DNA from: Podarcis filfolensis
Taxonomy: Eukaryota
Direction: 5' to 3' (one strand)
DNA: 64,000 nt
Assembly (NCBI GenBank): GCA_964270895.1
Contig: OZ185436.1
The notes beneath the pieces are model-generated. The model searched no databases and had not been told where the DNA came from. It saw only the letters and a list, made by a program, of their open reading frames with translations. Positions 21,044 through 32,400 of this stretch are shown in pieces. Position 1 is the stretch's first letter, and every line of letters starts with the position of its first letter. The position numbers and the translations under genes were made by a program.

Positions 21044-23417
21044 CTGGAAAAATAAAGAGAGGGAGGGAGAGAGAGATAAAAGCAGCTAGTTGTACTTGCA
21101 CCTAGAACATTCACCAAGTTCACTTCTTATCACTAGGGAAGGAATAAACATTGCTTGGCATGTTACAGACAGGTCCAGTTCAGGCATTCATCAAACTCAT
21201 GAGGGTGAAAACTGCCCCTCCCCGGAAAACCCCACCCATGGAGGCTCCTCATGTCTTTCCACTCACTAGGCAAAAATCAGAAAGGAGCCCCCATGCAGGG
21301 ACATTGCGGGCAGGACTTGCCTGCACATGCACACACCCTATCTCTAGACAGTTTTAGCCCTTTGCGTGTTCAAGTGAGTACCTGTACAATCAAAAGCCAT
21401 TTCAAGCTATTTAAAACATAGCTTAACAATATTGCTTTGAGTAAGGATAATGTACAGAGAATACATAATTTAATACCAGTTAGCTTTGCCTAAAAAATGC
21501 TGTAAATAAGGACACTGAGTGTTTGGTCCTTTAAGTGGCCATGCTATGCCACCTCCATTCTTGGGGATTCTTTTCTGAATCCCACCTTCAGCACCACAAC
21601 CCACCTTGCTCCAGTATTGCCAACCACATTAAAAAAAAACATACCCCTCACTTTCCACTTCATTTAAGTGCTCAAGACAGCTAACATAACAGGAGTTAAC
21701 AAAAAATATAACTAGAACAGCAATGTTTTCATGTGAAGACTCTGCTAATAAGAAGGACAGATTGACTTCCCAGGGCAGGATATTCCATATCCTGGGTGCT
21801 GAAACCAAGAAGACCCTTTACCTCACTTCCACTAATAGCACTTCAGATGCTAGTAAGCAGAGATATTGCAGGGATACTGTTCATGCTTGTAAGATGCAAT
21901 AATTCAAAACAGTTGCCTTTGCAAACACAAGAATTTTACCTCCACTGGTGACGTCATGCCCTGTTCATTGCGACCCAAACCTGAACCTTCCTTCCAGCCC
22001 ATAGCCTGCATCATACGGCTTCCTTTGTTATTGCTCTCCAGTCTTCCTCTATCTGAGGGCTTGTAGTCACTGCAAACAAATGTAAGTATGCTGGCATGAA
22101 TAAACTTTCAGGAGCATATCTGCTATAGAAATTATTGTATAAGCAATAGCGTGTTTTATAGAGGCAAAGAAACTTTAGGAGCCGGGCTGTTAGCTGCCTA
22201 AAGAATGAGCATCTAGGCCAGGGTGCATTAATTTTAATACTGTAGATCTATTCTGAATAGAACTTAGCTGGATACAACCTAAAGAGTTGAGAGGCACTTC
22301 AGTTCCCACCATTACCACCATCTGTCAATTCAGCAAAGCTGTTACTATGGCATCCCTGTAAGATAGTCATTGAGCCTCTAACAAAGAGAGACCACACTTT
22401 GCAAAGCAGCCTGTTTCACTGTTACGGAATAAGCTGGCAAAAACAACTTTGAGATAAGAATGTCCCAATACCTTTCAGAATTCCTGAAATTCTTCGGTCG
22501 TTTTCTCTCTGGAGAGTTCCGTTCCTCAAATCTCTCTCTTCTGTCACCTCCTTTTTCTTTAAACCTTCCCTTTATATTAAAAGGCAGAGTTAGTGAAGAT
22601 GTCATCACAGATTTTCCCTCCCAAAATGCATTCATTCACTAACAATTATACATTTGTGCAACTAACCTAAGGAGTGGAGAAAAATTCCCCAGTAGTCCCT
22701 CAGCACTGCAACAGAGCATCTTGCTTTATTTTTCAGACATTTCCAAACAAGCATCTACAAGAGCCTACCCATCTTATTAACTTTGTATTATCAATGTAAT
22801 ATCAAAGTACAAGTATCAGCCACTTTGATCTTGCATCTCCATAAAATTGAAACCATTTGGTTATCTTTCAGGGTGTTTAATTTTCTTTGGAAGTGTGGAA
22901 TGAAGTGCTAGCATTAAGGCAGAGAGGGGCCTGACATTTAGATCCAAGAACACTGCTGCACACTGAAAGCAAGACTTTTCTGTGGGCATAAATTTAGCAG
23001 TCAGAGTCTACATCTTCTGACAGATCCATTTTGTCTCTCTCCCTATCAAGGCAAGACGAGAGCCAGTGCAGTCTCTCTGCACAGCTAAGAGAAGAGTCTC
23101 CAGGGCTGGGTGTTTATAACAAACCATGTTCCTACACGATCAGGTTGCTTAATTCTTTCCCACTTGGAGCCTTTATTGGCACTTGACTTTATTTCTAAAT
23201 AGCAGGTAGACTAATGGCACCCAGAAAAACAAGGTAAACAACAGCACTCTCCAGATGGCAAGGGAAATCTCAGGGAGGCACAGAGGTCACACAAAGGAAA
23301 GTTCTCAATATCAACTGATGGTGCTGCTTAAGGCTGTCACGGCATGACAAAAAATTGGGTAGATGATGGATGATTGTTTAATTCACTTTCAGGACCTGGA
23401 ATCTAGATACCTGCTGC

Positions 23418-23455
<38 letters not shown>

Positions 23456-26400
23456 TACACACACACACACACATCCAAGTAAGCATTGGTGGAGCACACA
23501 GGGAATTAGTGTTTTGTTTATGCAGAGCCACAGCTGCACAGGACCATACAAAGCAGATGTAATTACCTCACGTTCTCGCCTCTCCAAATATGCAAGCTCT
23601 TGTTCTGATTGTTTTATTTTACGATGAATTTCTAGGTTTTGCTGTAAGAAGCAAAATGAATGAATAGCTTTTGAATTGTCTCACTTCAGGCAATGAAAAA
23701 TATTTATTTTAGCCATGTAAAATGTTTAGCCATTTCTTAAATTTTGTAAGATAGTAGGATGTATGGGCAAACATTTGGAAATAAAACGAAGCGCTATACT
23801 AAATTCCAACAGCTGAGTACATATTACTACAAAATAAATATGCCTAAGAGTACAAAATGAAAGCAAAGAAATTTAATTTATTCATATCCATTCCATGTAT
23901 TGCTGTTCCTAAAAAGACAGTTTTCATTCTCTTAAAAATGGCCACCTGAGGCCTTGTTTCGGGTGTCATTGCCAAATGAAGCTTGGGCACCAACTTGGTG
24001 GAATGCCCTCCCCAGAGAAACTCAGCAGGCAATGACTGTTCCCTTTCAGGTATAACCTGGGATTTTTAGGAAGCCTTTGGCTAATCTAACACTGTTGTTG
24101 ATTTCTCAGTTGTTTTGATTTTTATTTCTGCTGAGAAGGGGATTGGAAAGGTTTGCATTGAGCTCATTTTGGGGAAAGAGTAAACAGGATCATAATGATC
24201 ATCTAACACTTTCTGATATCTCCCACAAGCTCACATGTACCATCCTCTTTCCTTCGTCCCTTTTCAGTATGAACCATGGTTTAATGCTACACCTGCCTTG
24301 TGGTTAACACAATCTGAAACCAGGATTTGAAGCTGTTTTCAAAAGCAGGCATAACACTAGCAGATCACAGCACTGAAAAGAGAAAGGAGTGCATTCAAGC
24401 AGGACACAATACAGGAAGGAAAGAGAAATCAGGAAAAATTACATCTTTGAGAGGCACTTGTGAAATATGGAGAAGTTTTGTTAAATGAAGTATGAATAGC
24501 AGATTCTCCTGAATGGGCTGCTTTTTTCCTTACTTTGTGAAGATTGGAAAGTTGTTGATGCTTGATCAGGACTTCTTTATTTGGAAACTGTCTCCGGCAA
24601 AGTAAACATGCTAACTTATTCCAGTCAGTCAGCTTTTCTTCATCATTTTCAAGCTTCTGTGGCCGTTCCTCCTGTTGCACTGGTGGCCGTGGAGGCTGTG
24701 GCTGTGGTTCTTCTTCTTCCTCCTCCTCCTCCTCATTGTCACTGTCTCCACCATATTCTCCTAGGAGTCCTATCAGAGGATTCACCACCTTTGGCTGAAG
24801 GGGCGGGAGTGGGGGGGGGCAGAATGAGAAGCACATACAAACCAAAGCCAATTCAGTGGATCTGAGGTCTTAGATGCCTTAACTGATGTATTACTGGTCT
24901 AGTACAGTTGCTAAGTGACTAAGCTACAATCGGAAATCCCTGGTTTGAATCTCACCTCTACCATGAACTCACTAGGGGGGAAACTGATAGCCAAAATGTA
25001 AGAAGACAAACGGAAGGAATGCCTGCATGCAAAATAAAAATAATTGGGAACTGGTACTATTGTTGCATAAATTTGACTTTGATTCAATCCCTGATTGAAA
25101 CAAGAGACTGAAATGGTACAGGCCATTCAACTAGCTCACAAGTTGAATGCAACATTCTGCTGCATGTGTAGACCAAATCTAAGTCAGCACTGCTGTCTCT
25201 TCTGTCTTGCACATGTTGCTCCTGTTGACATGTTGCTTTTTTTGATGCACATTACACGGACAATTTGAAATCTGTTACAATTTCTCCTCATTTTCAATCA
25301 ATTTAAAAAAACTGATATGAAGAGAAATGAAATCTAAACAACTTAGCCCATCAAGAGAAACACTGACAACAAAATCCTATGCATGCAAGTTTATTCAGAA
25401 GTAAGTTCCACTAAGTTCAATGGCTCCCACTTGAAAGTAGGTTTAGGGATACAGTCCAAGAGGCCCCCTAACCACACAGCAGTCCATTCAGTGTTGCTGC
25501 AAGAAAGAGGGGGACAGGACACTCCCTGCTACAATGCTAAGAATTGTGACTGACTAGCTTACTACAACATGCACCAGACAAATTTCAGCAGGACAGTAAG
25601 CCTCATACTTGATAAGATCAATAAATAATAATTAAATGTTCCAGATGACAAATGCCAAGTAAAGTCCTTACTGGGGGTGTACTCTCTTCTTTTTTCACTG
25701 TTGGAGGTAGTGGTTTTTTAAAGACATCTTCTGCAGGAAGTTTTTCTGCTGGATTCTCATTCTGAAACATTAAGACTGGGAGTTAAAACTTATTGCCAGA
25801 TCGGCTTCCCCACTGCCTGCCTCCAACCATTTTTCTTACTAGTACCTTTACTTCCTTTACAGCAACAAGCATAAAGGAGATACATGGTTTCTTGTCTCTC
25901 CTACTTTTGCTATCCTCAGTTATACTCTTTTGCATCTAAGAATGACAAACTGGCTGAGAGTCAGAGGGGTGTTCAAAAGGGATTGTGTAGCTGGTAGATA
26001 CTTAGCAAACAGTGCATCAAAGCTGTAAGGAGGAACACGTATGCCAAGAGTTGAAATCTGCTACTGGCTGTATGAGATGTTGAAAATATGCTTTCAGCTC
26101 CTGTTCTTGAATTCAATTAATGTTGCTCTTCCCTCCCTGTTCAGATCAAGTCAAACTAGCTTTTAAACAAGGGCAAGTGCAATGCACTCATTTACTGGGT
26201 AACTCTTAGCATGTAAGATTCTCTGGAGATTACACCACAAGTATCAGACCAGATTGTAAATGGAAACTTGGTATTTTAGATATCCAGTTTACTACTGGAA
26301 AATTCTCCTATTTGTTCAGGATGAGTCACAGGAAAACTGGAAGCTTGAGCAGTTTGAGGAAGCAGCCTGTAAATCAAATTACAGTCCTTTGTCACTCTCA

Positions 26401-29400
26401 GAACTTTTATCTCAAAAGAAGAAAATAATATTGACAGTTATACTGAACTATTTGTGCCCATTTATGGGCTTACTAACACCTCTCTTGGAACTCTCAGTTC
26501 TGGATGTGAACTGGGTTTTGCTCTCTTGGCAACTTCAGGGACTAAGTAGGATTGTATGTTTTCAAGAGTGAATGGTTATTTTTAAAATGTTGTCTACACT
26601 CAAGTGGTCTGATCTGCAGTGTACCATCTCAACAGTCCAGTGAATCATAGTATTTTCTACAAATAATTATTTTTATATTTTAGTTACTTTGCTTGCATCT
26701 TTTAAAATACACACTTAGGTTTAATGGCACTTGGTTTCTGGATCCACAAACCCGTGCCCACCTTTGAAAGAGTGTTTTATCTGCTTGTTTTTATGATCAA
26801 ATGAGCTTTTGTGTTCATGAAGAAGCTGGGTGCCTTAAAAGGATTATGAGTTTAAAAGGAAATTGGATTATCTACAGGTTAAGCTAAACCCTATCTATTG
26901 CATATTTTGCAAATTCCTAGACTTGCCTAGCTGCAAAAGCAAGCTTTGACTATGGCAGCATTAATCTTTGGACCATGCCAATTTGTACAGTTCATAAGAA
27001 TGATGATGGCGCAGCTATTTTACCTTGGCCGACTTGTTTCTGTGCCTCTCTCTTCTCTCTCGGTTATCTCTACTGGATGGCTCATCACTTGCCCTATCCC
27101 TATCCTGGCTCCTGCGCCTCCTCCCAGTATGCGGTGGTGGGGATGAAGATGCTTCTCGACCCATTGGAACATCTCTCTGGAAGGAGATATTTGGTACATG
27201 TTTAGAGAATATTTTTTCCTGGCACTGAAATGGCAAAGTGAGCACACACATGCACATGCCCTCACCTGAGTATTGGGATCATAGTATACCCCTGTAATGG
27301 GGTCAAAATAGTTTCCAGTGTCTGGATCATAAATGAATGTGGACACATCAGAGGAAGCTGAAGGGGAAAAAGAAGTAAAGACAAACATCATATATTTCTG
27401 AAGGTGTCAAACATTATTTAAATAAAAACAGAGATGGCCCAAGACATTCTGGTGTTTGAGGGGGAAGATTCCAAAAGGGTTGCCAGGATAATAAATATAT
27501 ATTACACTAAATAACTGCTGTTGCTTAAGGATACCCTGAAACTCTGCCTTATGGTAAGGCCAGCTCTGAAAGAATGAGGTAATGCTTGAGTAGAAATTAT
27601 CCTGCTCAGAGATGAGATGATGAAATTTCAACCTAAAAATTAAATAAGGACGAGGTGACTAGCACTACATATCTCTACACATTGTGCTTCAATGTAATTC
27701 TCTCCAAGGAGTGAGAAAGTGTCACTTTTTTTGCCTGATAATTTCCTGAGGCCTCCAATAAGTGTCAATCCAACAGAAGAGAACCAGTCAAATTATAATC
27801 AAGTCAGGTCTTGGGGTGCATGTAAGAAATTAGTGATTGCATTTGGTATCACTTCAAATACCCTTTCTAAGCTGGTAATTATGTGGGGCAGGGAGAGCTA
27901 ACTTTTCAGCCAAAGACGTTCAGTCATCCCTCCCAAGGGCCACTCAGCAGTTTCAGAGAGCTCAGTCACACACATACACTTTCTCACACACAAACACAAA
28001 TGCAATTAAATACTGAAACATGTGCCCTCTCAAATACAAACACATGCAGACCCACATACACAAAACCAGTACTCACAGCACTCCCCACTCCAGCGCTAAA
28101 GGAGAGGGGAAATGCTGGCTTTTTATCTTAAAGACTAGGCTTAATCTTCAGTATCAGTGCTATGGTACATAGTGCTGAGATCAGAGATAAAAGATTCCTA
28201 TGGCTACCTTTTGGAGTAGATCTCTAAAGAACAAGCAGAGGGATTCTATCTTCTAATCGCTCTCTAAAGGATAGATAGCTTGATCTCCTGATCCCATCAG
28301 GAGATAAAAGTTGTGGGGACCAATGTCTACTTCCTATGACTTGGTGAGCCAGATATGGCTCACAGGGAAGCCACATTTAGCGCAGGGAAGCCTTACAATT
28401 CTACACTCAATTTGGCTGAATTTTTCAAGTCAGAAAAAATTCTTGCAAGATTTTCCAGTCAGAATAAAAGTCAAACATAGGATTAACACTTATTTCCACT
28501 GAAAAATCTCCGATGTCCAATACAAAATACAAAAAACAGGAAATTTAAGGCTGGTGTACACGTTTTGTTTTGTTTCAAAGCATACTCAGCTTCGAAACGT
28601 GCATTTGCAAAAACTTCTAATTGTTATTGAAAATGTCAACAATCCTTTGGGCAGAATTCAACCAAAACATCTTGTCAGTGCAAGGATTTCCATTTTCACA
28701 ACTAGACTTCCCCCTGCCCCAAATCTGCTCCAGATGTTTGGGGAAACCCCTAGAATAGATTTAGGGGGTGCACGGAGGGGGGGAGAGGAGGGAAGAATGT
28801 TCTGTTGCACAAGTCTATACTGATGGAACATTCACATCAGTGCTTTGTTGGATATAACCCTATATAAGGAACATTTTTAAAAATGGAATAAGGACACTGA
28901 GCTTTCACAAGTAGAAAGTGACCAGAAGAACACAGTAACAAGAAAATGAAGTTGAGTCTTACACTCTGATCTTCGCTTCTGTGAGTCAGCGCCTCTCCTG
29001 TCACCCGTGCCCCGTTTGCCCTAATACAGAAAAGGCATTTAAAAACATAAACCAAGAAAGCAAAACATCTGGTGGACATTGCCCCACAATTCAAAGTACT
29101 CCAGACTAATCTGCATGTACTGGGTTGTCATGCAATAAAAGGTACTGATGTATGCTTCTCTGACCTAAATGTGCAACTCAGGAAAGCCAGTATGTGGTCC
29201 TTTATTGACATCGAAAGGCGCTAAGTCAGATCAGATGTGCATTACCGAAATGCCTACAGAAGAGATGACCTTCTCCTGCTCATCATGGAGGAAGATTGGA
29301 AGGGCAGTAATCTGAACCAATACTGGAAAATACAGGTAATTTCCCTAGTGGCAACTTCTATAGAACAGTTAAGAATGCCAGCAAACACTCATAAATCAAA

Positions 29401-32400
29401 CTCTTCAATCCCTCAGTGTCCGCATAGCTGAGAGGCAGGAGTCTATTCCCTCAGAGGGCCATCACAGATTGTACTACAAGCATACCTGGCTATAGCGTGG
29501 AACATCACCGTGGTCTCCATATTCGTTTCTAGCAACAGAAAGAGAACATCTGAATTAATACCAGTTTTAAGTTTTCTGAAGATGCTACATGCATGGCAAG
29601 TGTTACTTTTGCTTCACTCTAATGTTACTAGTTTCAGTGGGCAATTTGGTCAACAAGAAACTTGGCTTTATAGCTCAGTCGGCTGTTGCTCATGTTCACT
29701 ATGACTAACTTCCAAAAGGCTTAGATGTGATATCACCACATTGTTGCAAAGGAACTATGAGCTGAGTTCAACAGCACAGCCACCTTAACAAGGAGATTCA
29801 ATTGCATATAGTCATAACACTACTGTTTTTTTTGTTTGTTGTTTTTGTAAAAAACATCCTCTGCAAAATTTCCCTCAAATGTATAATCAAGCATCAATCT
29901 GAATGTTTTGGTGCCTGGTGTAAAAGCATATGTTGATAACACAGAGTCATAATTGTGCATTTTTAGTGAGGTTTCTATTACCTCCTCTTTCCGGTGGCTA
30001 GGTTTACATCCACAGCACGGCCATCTATGCTGATTGGGGGATCCAGATCTTGTAAAACCTTCACTATGCGGACTGCTTCCTGTGGAGACAAGAATCCAGT
30101 TGGGGGTGGGGGGGAGACAAGTTTGAGCCACTAAGCCAGAAATAAGTTGTCACAATAATAATAATTTTATTATTTATACCCCCACCCATCAAGTTCCTCT
30201 AGCAGCCCTAAGTCCAAGTGAGTCCCACCCGTCCCCAAAGGAGCTCTCACTTTCCTCCTCTTGGTCACCAGTTCCCTCTGACACCAGTTGATCCGAGGCA
30301 TACTCTTTCTCTTGGCCCAGCCTTTATGCCCTGAAGAAAAAGCTCAAACCCAGACTATGACACATAGCCACAAGGAGTTCAGAAGTTTGACTAACTATAG
30401 CTCAGAATTACAGGTGAAATCAAACAAAATAGGTACTCTCTACCATGGTTTTCTAAAGCAAGTCAACTTCAAACTATGGTTTATGAAGCTGGCTTGTTTT
30501 TGTAAACCATAGTTAAGGTTAACCACAGTTTTGTGTTTGGAGACAACACTGAGCTGTGCTTAATAAACTATAAAGTAGAAGCTTTATGGCCACATCAGGA
30601 GGAAGAGCATCCTCTTAATGCATTAACTATCAACCACTGCTGGCTAGCCTTGGACAGAGAAGGCAGAAGAAAAAGTTCCAATATTGTAACTAAACATTAT
30701 ACACAAAAACACAAGCCAGAAGGGGACTCCGTCACATAAGAAGATAAAGGCACAGGAAAACATCCAGTGTTGCTCCAGATTTGACAGAATTGTTCTTCCT
30801 CTCCTTCCCCGTGAAGCACATGGGGGGGGGGGAGCTACAGGACGGGTGACACTGTTTGCACAAGTGTATGTCTACCATAGAATTGTCAATACTATACTGT
30901 GTGGTGGTGGGTGGCGAATGACAACATACAGCATGAGAGTCCAGTTCAATGAAGCCATAGGTGTAGCCCATCCGACCGGCTTTGTTCTTCATGACACGCA
31001 CACTTGAAGTAGACAAGCGGACGTAGGGTGCCAGAAGTCCTACAATCACTTCCGGCGGAGTGAAGCGAGGGATGCGTTTTAGCATAATTGCTGTTACAAA
31101 GTTACAAGGAGAAAGTGAAATATTAATTCACGAGGAGAAATGTACTTCATCTTTTCTGTCATCCTGTGTCAAAAGCTCCTGGTATTAGGCTCAGCAGACT
31201 TGAAGACTACTCAGTGTTAAAATCAATAATGCTGCAGAACACAAAGAGAATTCTAAACTGCAAGCTTCAATTCAAGCCTCTTTTTGCAAGTTACTCAAGT
31301 CCAAGTATCCATTATGAACTCAGTCAGTAAGACCAAATGGTTGCAAGTATAATCTACTTACTTTTACTCTCATCCTCCTGATGTTTGGTTTCTGTGGATT
31401 CTCTTCTTGAACCATGTTCTTGGTTCTCCCTTCGAGGTGGGTACATTTCAGAGTCCCTTTTCTTTTCTTGTGAAGGCCATTGTTCCCTACTTTCATCCTT
31501 CTTGGGTTCAGGTTCCTGAGGTTGACTTCCCGGCTCAGAAGTAGGTTTCTGAGGAGAAGGTTCCTGTGGAGGAGCAGGGTCCTTAAGAGGTTCTTCCTCT
31601 GGTGTTGGTTCCTCAGATAACTCTTCCTCCCCCTTTTCAACCTTTTCTTCTGTTACTAGCAAAAAGTAAAACAAGTGAAGCCCTGTCTGCAGTAACCACT
31701 GTATTAAAACTGTTCTTTTAGTCCCTTATACGTACTAGTGAAAACTGTTTTCATCTTAGCCATCTACATATTATAGACTTGTTAATGATTTACACCAGTG
31801 ATAGGCAGGATCACACTAACAAACCAGATACAAGGATCAGCATAAACATGAGTAGCACCACTTGATCCTCTAAGTCTCCATCATTAGCCTTTAACAGCTT
31901 GGGAGGTAATTTCTTCCCTTCCTCTCTCTTTGGTAGTGCCAGCTTGCCAACATAGCATTACTGAAGAGAGAGACTTTGGATGAAACACTGCACTTTCAAG
32001 CAAAAAAAAAAAAAAAAAAAGGTATTGCAACTCATACAAACTTAAAGACTGTTCCAAGTCTGGACCAATCTCTCTGTCAAGGAGAGTTCTTGACTAGTTT
32101 TAAGTTAACCATCTGCAGAAAGGAACACAATAACTCTACCAATAATGCTGGCAGTATTTGCTAGCACATCATAGTTGAGGAACCTACAGCCCTCCAGATG
32201 TTGTTGTTGGTGTCAATGGGAGTTGCAGTCTACAACATCTGGAGGGCCACGTGCATCTCAGTTTTTTATTCACTTAGAATTCACACTACTATTTGTTTAT
32301 TTAAATGTCAATTAAACAAAAGTAGGCTCACCATCTCTTGGGAGTCTGCAGTAATAACAGGATGAACGATACCCTACTGTGGACACTTTACACTGCAATG

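Noticed and set aside
24562-24865. Plus-strand ORFs overlapping RBM6 exon 17
   Set aside because: They are antisense shadows of a low-complexity coding exon.
27219-27265. Acceptor AGs at 27225 and 27219 for RBM6 exon 15
   Set aside because: They would leave 41- or 47-nt introns, below the practical vertebrate minimum. The AG at 27177 gives 89 nt and the correct phase.
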